Both the position numbers and the translations under genes were made by a program. A stretch of DNA of 64,000 nt from an uncultured virus (IMG/VR IMGVR_UViG_2061766007_000286) (taxonomy: Duplodnaviria > Heunggongvirae > Uroviricota > Caudoviricetes): the IMG/VR virus record IMGVR_UViG_2061766007_000286. One strand, given 5' to 3'. The notes below the pieces were generated by a model. The model saw only the letters and a list, made by a program, of their open reading frames with translations. It was not told the DNA's origin and did no database searches. This document shows, piece after piece, positions 39,401 through 49,228 of this stretch. The stretch's first letter is position 1. Each line of letters opens with the position of its first letter.

Positions 39401-42400
39401 CCAGACTTGCCGTTGCCGATTATGTCGTCTTCGTGGAACGATTGCCCGAATATGCTTCCGCTTGTCGCGAACTCAACTTCTGGGCGAGCACTGAAAAGGT
39501 TTCCATTGTGCCGTTCGGTGAGACCTTCATACCCGTCCTTTCCTTCGGCTATGATGAACTTCGACACCTTCATGTTCCCGGAAACAACCGGCAGCGATTC
39601 CTTTATCAACACCGAGTCCTTTCCGGTTATCATGGCATCGTGCAGCCCGCTCCACGTTTTTCTATCGGCGCACACGTTAACCTTTACATCATTCATCACA
39701 ACGAATCCGAACTCACCAGATCCTGTGTCGGAGAACGAAATCTCTTCGTTGTTGACAGTGGCTATTTTTATCCTGTTCCCGAGCATGTTCGAGACGATGT
39801 ATTCGACGCCTTCTTCAATTCCATCCGGGAGAACACCTCCTTCCTCCACGAAGAACGTTATCCTGCTTCCAATCGAAATGTTTCCTGTTTCCTGGCAGAT
39901 TATTTCGGAAGTATTCACATCGATGGACTCATCCGTCAACGATATCGTGAACACACCGTGGTCGCCATCGAACTCTATCTTCGTGCCGCCGTTTACACGC
40001 GAAACGGATTCGACTGCAAGGTCGACATATACAGTCTTCTGGTATCCGGTGAACACGTATGCACGCGGCTGAGTCACGTAGTTCCTATAGGAATTGAGCT
40101 GACCGACCGTCACTATAGAGAATGGGTTATTGGTCGGAACGGACGGTATGGAAACATTTATGGAGCACTTGGTACCGTCCTTCAGTCCGATTGGCGTCGG
40201 GAGGTGAATAAACGTCTTCTTGTTCTTCGTGGTTGTCTGTAAAGACTGGAACGTCTGTCCGTCATATATCGAGTTTGTGGAGAATATCTCGACAAGATCG
40301 TCATCCGAAACAGTCTCGTCGAACAATGCCGGTATCATGTCGTTGTTGTCGACAAGATCTCCCAAAAGTTCTTCGGATGTCTTCGACGCATGAGAAAACG
40401 TGATATAGTCGCTCTTCGTGCTTTCGAGGAACACCTTTATCCCGTTCGGGGAAACGTTCTCATATACTATTGCTTCCGGATCCCAAGCGCCAGTCGTTAC
40501 CGTGACGAACGTGTTCTTTCTGTTCGGCAACCATAGATATCTTGTGACATCCCCGGAAACGACCTTCCGGATAAGTTCCTTGCCGCTGTTTAGCTCGACG
40601 GACGCCAATGATTCCAACGCGTCTATTACGTCGGTGGTATATCTTTTGCGATATCCACACAAACGGAGACTACCGGTGGAGTCTCTTGTTGTAAGAGCGA
40701 GTACGGTACCGTCCAATGTAGAAATTCCTATACTCGTTTCATCACGTGAGCTCACCACATATTCCCCACCAAGACCGGCACCACCGGGGTATCCACCGGC
40801 AAACGTTACGATATCCCCGACCCGGAACGATTCGACCTCGTCGGAAACCACAAGCTTGCCACCGGAAACATCCGTAGAGAAGTCAAACATTACGGCATCG
40901 GCGACAACTTCGTCGATCGTGTCAAGTCTCTGAACGATGGATATGTCATGCTTTCCGAACATCGATGGCGATGTCATGTCGAGCGTTATGTTGTTGTGGT
41001 AACCGTTGTCGCGCTGGTACCAGAGCATGTCCTCGCACAGAGGACGGGCGTCGGTGTTGCTGCTCGTCGTCGTGCCAGTTATAGTCATTCTCCAGTTGTT
41101 GGCGTCCACTTCGGGCTTCTTTGGAGCACCCGTCGACTCCGCGGCATCTACTTCGCCGTCGGTGGAGGAGTTGTACTTGTTCGGATAGTCCTTCAGATAT
41201 GGCGACTTCCCATCCAGTCCGGTGGCCGTGTCGTACATGTTGGCGGCCACCTGCCACACTGCAGTCTTGTCGGAGTTTTCCAGCTCGCCTTTCCGTTTGG
41301 CGAGATCTTTCTTGTTCGCCGGATTTATGTCGAAGTACGTGCGGTCGTTGAAATATCCGGAAGAACCCTCGCCGAGGGCGAATGAATCCACGTATGGCGA
41401 CGTGCTGACTCCTCCGTCTCCGAGGTTCGTTCTAGTCTTGGAAAGGAACCATCTGATGAACGGACCGTTCTTTCTTTCGTCACGGTTCGAGCCGACGAAC
41501 TTGCCGAAGTTTATCGGCTGGTCCAGTTTGTTCTCAAGGTAGTCGTAGACCTCAGAATCGGAATAGCCCCGACGGTAGTGGTCGATTGGATTTCCGTCTT
41601 CGTCGACCTCGCCGTCGTAGTTTCCGGCAACGTTGTCGTTTTCCGTTCCGTCGAACTTGTAGAACGAACCGATCAGTTCCCATTCCGATCCGTCGTGCGC
41701 TCTGTAAATTCCGTTTTCGCTTTCATCGTCCTGCGAATTTACGTAAACGGCGTCTCCTTCGGCGATCTGGTACGATACCGTAGCGCTGGTAGATGTATCC
41801 GGAGTTGTTGATGGCTCTGTCGTCCAGAAATATCTGAACGACCTCGATCCTGTCTTTTCTATGGAAAACGTGCCATTGTATCCGGCATCGTCCGCAGCGG
41901 CGATAGTCACTTCCGAACCGGTGGCTAGACCGTTTTCCTCGACGGTAGTCACGTTTACGAATTTCCCGTCCACTTCCATTCGCTCGACAGCGTATGTCAT
42001 CTCCGGAAGTCCGCCGGCAAGAGATATGTTCTCAGTGGTCTTCGCCTTTATCGTATATGTCATCATCGAATCGAGCTCGATGATTTCCCAGTTGTTTTCC
42101 TCGATGCGATATACGCCGTTTTCGTCTGGATTTGTCTGTGCGCCGAGTCTTACGTAATCGCCGATCGAGAGAACCACTTCTATGCGAGGAGATCCCTCGT
42201 CTTCACCCACAAACGATGTGGACACCGGATAGGAGAAGTTCCTGTCATCGATCACTGTTATCTGAGCGCCGTCGACGTTCAGATCCGCGTTATAGGCGTT
42301 CTTTACGTTTACGATCGATCCATCGGCAAGGCCATGTGGATTTATCGTGGTGAACGTGGCCGTTGTGCCATCGCTCGTTATTGCGCTGTTTCGCTTGAAC

Positions 42401-42672
42401 CTGACCAGTGTTTTTTCGCCGGAAAGACCGTCCACGTTCTCGTTGAGCTCCGTGTAGACGATCTTTATGTTCGGATCCTTTTCCAGGATGCTTCTATATG
42501 CCACATATACCAGTGGAGTTATCCTGGTGGGGTTCTGCAATATCTGCGAACCGTAGTCGCGTTCGGGGAACCCGAGGGGGCTTACGTTGTAATTGCCAAG
42601 TCCGTCGTCCACCACGGCCTCGATCGGTCTGGTGACGTGGTACTGTATGGTGTCCTTGGGATTTATGGCCAT
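36448..42672 (-). CDS. 2074 aa virion structural protein (tail/baseplate-associated)
   Basis: Uninterrupted ORF; repeated beta modules TTINPHGLADGSIVNV and AQTNPDENGVY shared with the sheath/baseplate proteins; late promoter. Confidence 0.7.
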   Translation of the reverse strand: MAINPKDTIQYHVTRPIEAVVDDGLGNYNVSPLGFPERDYGSQILQNPTRITPLVYVAYRSILEKDPNIKIVYTELNENVDGLSGEKTLVRFKRNSAITSDGTTATFTTINPHGLADGSIVNVKNAYNADLNVDGAQITVIDDRNFSYPVSTSFVGEDEGSPRIEVVLSIGDYVRLGAQTNPDENGVYRIEENNWEIIELDSMMTYTIKAKTTENISLAGGLPEMTYAVERMEVDGKFVNVTTVEENGLATGSEVTIAAADDAGYNGTFSIEKTGSRSFRYFWTTEPSTTPDTSTSATVSYQIAEGDAVYVNSQDDESENGIYRAHDGSEWELIGSFYKFDGTENDNVAGNYDGEVDEDGNPIDHYRRGYSDSEVYDYLENKLDQPINFGKFVGSNRDERKNGPFIRWFLSKTRTNLGDGGVSTSPYVDSFALGEGSSGYFNDRTYFDINPANKKDLAKRKGELENSDKTAVWQVAANMYDTATGLDGKSPYLKDYPNKYNSSTDGEVDAAESTGAPKKPEVDANNWRMTITGTTTSSNTDARPLCEDMLWYQRDNGYHNNITLDMTSPSMFGKHDISIVQRLDTIDEVVADAVMFDFSTDVSGGKLVVSDEVESFRVGDIVTFAGGYPGGAGLGGEYVVSSRDETSIGISTLDGTVLALTTRDSTGSLRLCGYRKRYTTDVIDALESLASVELNSGKELIRKVVSGDVTRYLWLPNRKNTFVTVTTGAWDPEAIVYENVSPNGIKVFLESTKSDYITFSHASKTSEELLGDLVDNNDMIPALFDETVSDDDLVEIFSTNSIYDGQTFQSLQTTTKNKKTFIHLPTPIGLKDGTKCSINVSIPSVPTNNPFSIVTVGQLNSYRNYVTQPRAYVFTGYQKTVYVDLAVESVSRVNGGTKIEFDGDHGVFTISLTDESIDVNTSEIICQETGNISIGSRITFFVEEGGVLPDGIEEGVEYIVSNMLGNRIKIATVNNEEISFSDTGSGEFGFVVMNDVKVNVCADRKTWSGLHDAMITGKDSVLIKESLPVVSGNMKVSKFIIAEGKDGYEGLTERHNGNLFSARPEVEFATSGSIFGQSFHEDDIIGNGKSGEEEDRRVCLATIYPTSTNTFAWRIDNDPELRLMKQSLMNTHNLGSESAAAVAYRRNKYIKDRFAFIYNSEDGTYSKFDLRDVPVAYLTTDTYVQQNNWQFINSIVRVWFPESIVNVDAKEFDENVGYSYYGRQARKAYGSLVNDFLNGRVRRKAAIAGVSEPSADSSFYSKFGDRGDSTAVFDMANTIKVCYDDRSEMAIPEHLYGNVIQCNNYKTPYVYDEKKSNPYRWLTKAVYNSYDYVNASDNSSNGSDDIKTDNSYRGTENSSMAAMKEYMRAGYTSLYGDKSNTDARNRYIEGDIVSEMDPMRSFYPSSDHPLVVAMKKAIGDESSLVLNDLNREFMDSSFSAPASSRFFDFYSTPMQTHGPFYGYSWTPFAKLFSTDTTYPFTPPDTIGYDDPLLAETMSESIKSDPLLVVRNSKGGMEAFSSINYSDDDKNVEEFIRNYITGYSNKMPMRFYDSFRIVVHGTPESSSYDTSSASESSERTYRYALRDYLLNNVVSSTSETNELVGKYIDDNFAFDESERVVDPGTALLEDCNMSSVYFKMQNEDYVGNVSVSALGHIVDRSYYLTKMKYVYTRVNMSFVFSSAAGRWLLLDYKQAPTSYLTPTIGNAAFTATEKSMLRSGATGRSAFDYMPIERVKNDINWDMLHYPYEDGDSNIDPNKLWLILPSPAAGSYISVGVILMLEDANKKLARATVTELGYYPTTGGDPAFAVRLENEVSSYDFGNDAIKVYYVENFIKEGTYPYDPILERTNTDRIFKYNCCNTEQNAFLDLESVPYYKMRPIEITRGILPFLANDLPYDNDGNRKPEFDPTIDIHSNYSTQFTCLAEPNKYIGFVVPNNVHGGLVDANTDLYLFQPNLWSVYWHMRPAVSAMEGTDVPWRNARTGGNMSDPVLNAMYSYPDMRALETMNDANRNGGYSIPLHTDMNADWLTHETPVSIIDARPGQDINRPDYYEVDAEIDGSNEDRDGYYEAEYIR

Positions 42673-42696
42673 TTTCGACGAGCGCTCTATGCCAAT

Positions 42697-42704
42697 AGTT
42701 TATA
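42697..42704 (-). promoter_or_regulatory. putative late promoter TATAAACT
   Basis: 24 nt upstream of ATG 42672. Confidence 0.65.
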
Positions 42705-42731
42705 AAAAGTGCCGGAACCCGGTCTTTCCGG
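42704..42731 (-). terminator. possible terminator after the terminase gene
   Basis: CCGGAA-8 nt-TTCCGG followed by CAC and T5 on the minus strand. Confidence 0.4.
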
Positions 42732-42736
42732 ACATG

Positions 42737-45694
42737 CTAGACTATCTTGTAATCGGCCGCAGCATTGAACTCGTCGGCAAGAGCATTTGGATCCGATGCA
42801 AGCCTTAGCATGGCCGCCTTGTTGGATATCTTGACTTCCTCGTTTATGTCCACGCCTAGGCTGTATCCGAGGTCTCCCGAATCCACCACATTACCGTAGA
42901 ACAGTCCGGACTGCAGGTATAGGAATATGTACATCAACGACGTTACATGGTCGTCGTGAGTACCACCCATTGCACCCCACTTGGTGGCCGATGTCTGGCC
43001 GAACGAATATAGTTCGTTTATTGTGTCATAATCGTACACTTTCGCATATTTTCTCTGAATGTATGTTTTCATCAGGATGCATGCTGTCGACTTTAGGTTT
43101 TCCGACGCCCACAAACCAAGCTTGTTCCCATGCGTATCAAAGTGTATTAGATTCTCGTATTCGAAGTCTTCGTTGAAGTACTTGATCGCGGCGATGCCCG
43201 GACCGTTTTGCTCTATTATAAGGCCCGGGTCGTAGTACTGCTTAAGTACTTCTCTGCTCATCTGGCTGAACTCCTTGATGTCCATTGAATTGCACGACAC
43301 GACGGCGACCTGTTCCACGTCTATGTTGTTCTTGACCAAGCAAATTTGCAAGACGGAACTGTCCTTGTGGACACCGTACCCGGAGTCCAGTGATGCGACA
43401 TATTCCCACCCATTGGTCTCTAAAACTCGTTTTTTAAGTGGCAATTCGTATAGTCTTACGTACTTTATAAGTCCAGGAAGCTTTATCGGGTCTCTGGCCT
43501 TCATTGTGCTTAGGAACTTATGGTCAATTAGCGTCGACACAGAACCGATGAACGAACACAGGTGCTCCTGGTTGAACTTGATTTCTCCTATTTGCTGCAT
43601 TTCCCTTTCAGCCCATTCCTTCGTTCTCGTTGGACACACCTGCCATGTTGCCGCTGATCGGACAAAACCATTTACGGACCGCTCCTGGGTATCACCAGCA
43701 TCTTCCCAAAGTCTGAAGAAGTGGTTCATGCCTCTTGGTGTATTTAGGCATGTAAATAAATTATGTATAACAGAATGTGACCATTCGGCATCCAAATAAC
43801 CATTGTAATTATCATCATTTAACGAGAAATCGTATACCTTGTTGTGCGATTTTTTGATAGATATGATAGGAACCCACACGCAGTCTGGTTCTGCGTTTCT
43901 GAACACGTCGTACTTCGACCACACTTCCTCCGGAAGTTTTGACTTGATGCCAAGAATCAGCTTCCTGCTTAAATGAATGTCATTCTTATCACATATTCCA
44001 CCGGTAAACACAAACTCTTTGTTTGTGAGAACCTTTTCTTTCTTCAGACGACGAATTTCCGGTGCTGAGAACGGGATGTAATCGTATGGGCCGGAGCGGG
44101 TGGAATGCTGCTTCTGCATGTCCCGAGTGATGGATTTTCTGGCGAGCCCAAACCCAATTTCATCGAAGTATAGATCGACCATGTTAGAATTTGTAACCTC
44201 TATCTTCCATACTTCGCTCTGTACACGCACTTTTTTAGTCGGTTTGGTGTAGTTGTGATATACGTTGCTCAGGATACCAAAATTTGCCAACAATATCCTA
44301 ACCTGGTCGATTAGACGCTTAGAAGTGGATGTATAACTTATCCGCTTTCTTTTTTTCTCGGAACACCCGTCGCCGTCAAACATTCCCCTTAACATCGCGG
44401 CAACGCACTTCTTTGACATCCTCATCAGCCTGTCTGGTATGATTTTTTGCTTTGCATGCCGTGTCAGATCAAATCCGACATATTTTAACAGCTGACATAA
44501 CGCCTTGCTATCTGTTCTATAGTGGATTCCATCTCTACACTCATATTTAACGCCTATACGATCAAATGCACTGGAAATATCGTCTCCACACGTAATGATG
44601 ACATAATTCCTTTCTATATTACTCATAGCACATCCTTCGGCTATGTACAGACCGAAAAAATACGCCATGTCTTCCGTTATTTCATCAATCTTTCCCAAAT
44701 GGAAACGCATTCTGTCACCGGTATCATCATACTCTATCCGGTCATCCCCCCAGCAATTCATACCGTATTTGACCATCACATAGTCGCCTTCTTTTAGTTC
44801 GTGCGCCCGACGGATCTTGTAAACTCCATCCCTGCACGACCAGAATTTGTGCATCAGAGATGTTTCGACCTCAGAATACCTAGTCGTTATTATCCTGGTT
44901 TCCTTTGCCTCACCATCGTTGTGCATTATATGTCCATCGTTCATCCCATAACGGCCGAGCACCTTGTATGGCTGGACATCGTACCCCATAACCCTGCCAT
45001 CGTCTATTATGAAATCCCCAACGGTTTTGATTCCCTCCGGTGTGAAAACCATGGTGTCTTTGACAACACAACTTGTTATGATTATCTTAGTGGTTTGACC
45101 AGACGAAATTGTCGGGAACACGGATCCAATAAAGTCGTCGGCCTTGTGGTGTGGGACAAGCGCAAATTCGTCAAGATACAGCAAGTTTACGGACGTACCG
45201 GTTATGCTATCGGATGACGTGGCGGCGCAGAAAATTCTCGTACCGGTGCTGAACTCTATGCTCTTCTTGTTCCAAGACACTATCCCCGGCTGCAGGAATT
45301 TCGGCAACTTCAAGTACGACTCGCGAAGGAGGTACATCTGTTCCATTGAACCTGAAAGTTTGTTAGAAAGTATCGCCACGACCTTGTCGGCGTTGAATAT
45401 GGAATACCAGAGTATGAATGCTCTCGTCGTAGCCGACTTCCCCAACTGACGACCAAACTTAACTATGTTAAAGCGGTACTTGTCAAACTTGCGGATTAGA
45501 TCTTCCTGATAGTTCCATAGACTGAACTTTTGAACACCCTTGTCCTTCGTATTGATATAGACATAGTTTTTGATGAAATATATCGGGTCTTTGACACACT
45601 TAGCCAGTTCACTCGCCTGTTCGGGGGTGATCTCTATTCTCTCATGCTCGTCCCTTAGGTCCGATACTCCCTTGAATGCCAAGGTGAACTCCAC
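42737..45694 (-). CDS. terL: terminase large subunit, T4 gp17-like, intein-containing
   Basis: KDPIYFIKNY, Walker A GRQLGKS, Walker B LLYLDEFA, coupling motif ITS|TPRG, nuclease LDSGYG...DSS and HDD. The start may instead be TTG 45682. Confidence 0.93.
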   Translation of the reverse strand: MEFTLAFKGVSDLRDEHERIEITPEQASELAKCVKDPIYFIKNYVYINTKDKGVQKFSLWNYQEDLIRKFDKYRFNIVKFGRQLGKSATTRAFILWYSIFNADKVVAILSNKLSGSMEQMYLLRESYLKLPKFLQPGIVSWNKKSIEFSTGTRIFCAATSSDSITGTSVNLLYLDEFALVPHHKADDFIGSVFPTISSGQTTKIIITSCVVKDTMVFTPEGIKTVGDFIIDDGRVMGYDVQPYKVLGRYGMNDGHIMHNDGEAKETRIITTRYSEVETSLMHKFWSCRDGVYKIRRAHELKEGDYVMVKYGMNCWGDDRIEYDDTGDRMRFHLGKIDEITEDMAYFFGLYIAEGCAMSNIERNYVIITCGDDISSAFDRIGVKYECRDGIHYRTDSKALCQLLKYVGFDLTRHAKQKIIPDRLMRMSKKCVAAMLRGMFDGDGCSEKKRKRISYTSTSKRLIDQVRILLANFGILSNVYHNYTKPTKKVRVQSEVWKIEVTNSNMVDLYFDEIGFGLARKSITRDMQKQHSTRSGPYDYIPFSAPEIRRLKKEKVLTNKEFVFTGGICDKNDIHLSRKLILGIKSKLPEEVWSKYDVFRNAEPDCVWVPIISIKKSHNKVYDFSLNDDNYNGYLDAEWSHSVIHNLFTCLNTPRGMNHFFRLWEDAGDTQERSVNGFVRSAATWQVCPTRTKEWAEREMQQIGEIKFNQEHLCSFIGSVSTLIDHKFLSTMKARDPIKLPGLIKYVRLYELPLKKRVLETNGWEYVASLDSGYGVHKDSSVLQICLVKNNIDVEQVAVVSCNSMDIKEFSQMSREVLKQYYDPGLIIEQNGPGIAAIKYFNEDFEYENLIHFDTHGNKLGLWASENLKSTACILMKTYIQRKYAKVYDYDTINELYSFGQTSATKWGAMGGTHDDHVTSLMYIFLYLQSGLFYGNVVDSGDLGYSLGVDINEEVKISNKAAMLRLASDPNALADEFNAAADYKIV
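43742..45070 (-). mobile_element. intein (443 aa) with LAGLIDADG homing endonuclease in terL
   Basis: Starts CVVKDT, block B TSLMHKF, HEN motifs FFGLYIAEG and LRGMFDGDG, block F VYDFSL, ends CLN followed by Thr. Confidence 0.9.
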
Positions 45695-45752
45695 ATGGAA
45701 CCGACCGCTCTATATGGAGAAGCGGCTCCAGTTAGTTATATTGTCCTTTATT

Positions 45753-45760
45753 AGTTTATA
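45753..45760 (-). promoter_or_regulatory. putative late promoter TATAAACT
   Basis: Upstream of terL; divergent partner at 45807. Confidence 0.65.
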
Positions 45761-45806
45761 ATCCGGCGAAAAACAGAGCCAAAACAGTACCATTGACCCC
45801 ACCAAC

Positions 45807-45814
45807 TATAAACT
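45807..45814 (+). promoter_or_regulatory. putative late promoter TATAAACT
   Basis: Upstream of the gp15-like gene. Confidence 0.65.
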
Positions 45815-45839
45815 ACATATGCGAAAGACCGGCCAAAAG

Positions 45840-47416
45840 ATGGTACCTTACTACTACACAAGACAGCAGGAAAAGCTGGAAATAGCTCTTATCGACATGT
45901 TCAACAACATCGTCGTAGCCAAGTACAACGACAACAGCAGAACCGTTCCAGTAAAAACCATCAAGGTGCCTATAACAATCACCGGCAACAGAAACTTCGC
46001 TGACTACCTCCGAAACAACCAGACTGCCCTTGAAACCACACCGATACCGATAATGGCGCTTAGATTCAAGGGTATGACGCAAAACTCTGANNNNNNNNNN
46101 AAACCATCAAGGTGCCGATAACAATCACCGGCAACAGGAACTTTGCGGACTATCTCAGAAGCAACCAGACCGCCCTCGAAACCACGCCGATACCGATAAT
46201 GGCGCTTAGATTCAAGGGTATGACGCAAAACTCTGATAACCGAGTTCAGACAACATACATCAGAAGCATATTCTCGAAGGCCACAGACAAATGGATACAG
46301 GACATACAGCCGACGCCATATTTGTGGAACTACGAGCTCGAGGTACTGACCGACAACAGATCCGACTTCGGTCAGCTGATAGAGCAGATCGCACCATACT
46401 TCAACACGTTCAGGACGCTTCGTATAAAGGAATTCGACTTCGCTCCCGACATCGAGCGGAAAATACCGGTGTATCTGGAGTCAATCACGCCACAGTTCGA
46501 GGATGAAAAGGAGGTAGGCTCGTCGCACACGTTCATACGCATCGTATACAACTTCCAGTGCCAGATGGACCTGTACAGGCCGTTCAGCATAGAAGACATA
46601 ATCAAGTACACCCAGATGAACATACACGTGCAGGACTTCCTGCACTCGCTGCAGATATATGCATACCCGACCGAGATAGCAAACAAGGAACGGAAGGAAT
46701 GGGAACAGGTCGTGGCTTCGATACGAGAGGGGTATTCCCTGCTCAAGACGAACGCCCAGACGCTCATAAAGAAGGACGTGGACAAGGACGGCAACGTCGA
46801 ATGGGTGAACGTGACGGCGGATGAGGCCAGGCGACCGGCCGAGGTGCCATCGTTCAAGCTGCTGCACCTGAATTTCGACGACGACACGCCCCTGGAAGAC
46901 GACCAGAGCGGGTTCGGGAGGGACTTCGTCGCGTTGAACGACAAGGACCGCACATATATACCGGATTTGCCCCCGGGAGCCGGACAGCATACTCCAGGTG
47001 GATATGCTTCGGCTTCTGACTGGAACAACATATTGAACTGGTTCGGTACCAATGACGGGCTCTGCGAGAGCAACTACACGTTCAGCGTGATACTGCAGTT
47101 CACAAAGTCGAACACCAAGAACACCGTGTTCCAGATGCTGAAAAACAAGCAGACGAAGGACTCCAAGGGGAAGGTCATACCGGCTGGCGAGGTATACTTC
47201 GAATGGGGTTTGAGCGACGCTAAGCTGTATTTCCGGTTCAAGACATACGGCAGGAAGGCTCAATACTACATGTTCACGGCGAGGGAGGCGTTCAACTACA
47301 GCAATACTGACATCTACAAGTTCGTGTTTGTCCTGTACAACGAAGGAAAGGCCGGCATGTTCGGGTATTCCGTCAACGGCGGAGCTTTGATAGCTCTGGA
47401 ATGCGACAGGACTTAG
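45840..47416 (+). CDS. tail sheath terminator/stabiliser, T4 gp15-like, with C-terminal extension (split by gap and duplication)
   Basis: MVPYYY...DMFNNIVV...IKVPI, PTPYLWNYELEV...DFGQLIEQIAPYF...IPVYLESI; duplicated segment around the gap at 46091-46100. Confidence 0.75.
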
Positions 47417-47437
47417 ACCATTTTAATGCCAAATTGT

Positions 47438-47445
47438 TATAAACT
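47438..47445 (+). promoter_or_regulatory. putative late promoter TATAAACT
   Basis: 27 nt upstream of ATG 47473. Confidence 0.65.
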
Positions 47446-47472
47446 TAAGGTGTGATTTGTCGGCCAGTACGC

Positions 47473-49176
47473 ATGGAAAACCTCCTGGAAATGATCAAAA
47501 ACGACAGGAATGCTAGGGAATTCCTCCATGAATGCTATATGGAGGATCCAGACCATGTAGGCACTGGTTTCAGCAAATGGCTGGCGGAGAACGCGGACGT
47601 TCTTCCGGTTTACCTTGAGTGCATGGAGCAGATCGATGGGGACACAGGTTCCATGTTGGAAAGCTTCATGTTGGCGAGGATGGAAGATGGTGAGGGGAAA
47701 CCGATACAGGAAGCAAATTCAAGAAGATTCAACGTAAATGAAAATGACAGGAAAAAACTCGAAGAAGGCGATCCAGAATATGTCGCCGTGTTTGAAATAG
47801 TAAAAGAATTTATTTACGATATAGTTGAAAAATCCATAAAAAGCGCAGAATCGGCTGAAGGGTTCTTTAAAACAATGATTGATAGTCTTGAGAATACACA
47901 TAGCGCATACGCTTTTAGTGCCAGCCGCCTAATTGACAGAATAGTTAGCAATAATGCGGATGCCAACAAATTGATAATAAATAAATTTGGATCAAATTAT
48001 ACAAAATCACTGTCATTCTCGCGTGCTTTGCTAACCTACATTGCGGAATATGCATATGCTGAAAAGTCAAACCATCATGACAGCCTCTGGAACATAATAA
48101 AATCGGCAACGCATGGATCAGATATAAATGAAAAGATTGACAACTTTGCAAAATGGTCGCTTCTCAACGCGCTCGGCACGAGCACACGCATGACAGACAA
48201 TGAATCGGTTGAAATTCTGGCAAACATATTAAACGATGTATTGCCAAAATATCAATTTCAAAAAGATGACGCAAAAACCATAAAGGACGAACGCAGAAAA
48301 ACTTGTATTAGAGAACTCATTGACGCGATGAAGAATAGCAAATTAAGCGAGGATGAGCAAAGCTCTGTAGTAGAAAATATGACAAAGATGGGGAGGGTAC
48401 TAACCGGTAACGATAGATTTCTGAGAGCATTCAAAATGGACAAGAAAAAACTTGCCCAGAAATTGCTTATTGATACAGAAAAAAGAGTTAAGGCCAAAGC
48501 CAAATCTGAAGAGGTTGATGCCGCTGAAACCAATTTAAAAGAAGAACATGGCGCAGAGGGGACAGATACTATACTAAAAACAACGAATAAAATAATCAAC
48601 AAGATAAATAACGGTTTTGAAAATCTCCAAACTGAGATAAAGTCCGCTCTAATGGGTGAATTCATACAAACACTTCTTGAAGAATACGAACTGTACAAAA
48701 AAGACAACGACAATGATGTAGATATTGGTGATGTACTGGAAAACACCGGTTTTACTGATCCTTGTTCCGTTGGGGATACGTCATTCTCAAACAACTTCGG
48801 GAACGCCTTGATGGATTACATTTTTGGAATAAGCAAACCGTCCTTTGATAATATGGGGCACAGAAAACTAAAGAAATGCATTGAAATCGCAATAGACACG
48901 TATAAGGAACTTCACCCGGAATTAGACACCGACGACGCCTTGAAACATGGGACAAGCGAAATCTGCGATTTAATTTACAAGAACATGATCGATATGATAC
49001 AAAAGACTGTCGGGAAAACTAAAGACGATTTTGACAATCTCAAAGGAGATCCAAGAATGCTTGTCGGGTTCAAACCAGAATGGAAAAGAACCGTTGATGA
49101 TACGCGTGAAGACCAGTTTGAAAAGGATGCATACGAGTACATGTTTGAGAGAGCCAACCTTGGACGTGGCGCATAA
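47473..49176 (+). CDS. helical hypothetical protein, probable internal head protein
   Basis: Late promoter; N-terminal cluster of LLE, LHE, LAE, IQE sites; AT-rich central part. Confidence 0.6.
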   Translation: MENLLEMIKNDRNAREFLHECYMEDPDHVGTGFSKWLAENADVLPVYLECMEQIDGDTGSMLESFMLARMEDGEGKPIQEANSRRFNVNENDRKKLEEGDPEYVAVFEIVKEFIYDIVEKSIKSAESAEGFFKTMIDSLENTHSAYAFSASRLIDRIVSNNADANKLIINKFGSNYTKSLSFSRALLTYIAEYAYAEKSNHHDSLWNIIKSATHGSDINEKIDNFAKWSLLNALGTSTRMTDNESVEILANILNDVLPKYQFQKDDAKTIKDERRKTCIRELIDAMKNSKLSEDEQSSVVENMTKMGRVLTGNDRFLRAFKMDKKKLAQKLLIDTEKRVKAKAKSEEVDAAETNLKEEHGAEGTDTILKTTNKIINKINNGFENLQTEIKSALMGEFIQTLLEEYELYKKDNDNDVDIGDVLENTGFTDPCSVGDTSFSNNFGNALMDYIFGISKPSFDNMGHRKLKKCIEIAIDTYKELHPELDTDDALKHGTSEICDLIYKNMIDMIQKTVGKTKDDFDNLKGDPRMLVGFKPEWKRTVDDTREDQFEKDAYEYMFERANLGRGA

Positions 49177-49197
49177 ACACAGTAAACCTTCCTCCTG

Positions 49198-49211
49198 AAA
49201 AATACTATATT
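49198..49211 (+). promoter_or_regulatory. putative early/middle promoter
   Basis: AAAAATACTATATT 17 nt upstream of ATG 49229. Confidence 0.55.
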
Positions 49212-49228
49212 ATGGGCAACAACATACG

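Noticed and set aside
6852..40242. Long opposite-strand ORFs (e.g. 6852..7808, 16388..17377, 19479..20696, 33304..34215, 39103..40242)
   Set aside because: They shadow well-supported genes, lack motifs and promoters, and are expected from the codon bias.
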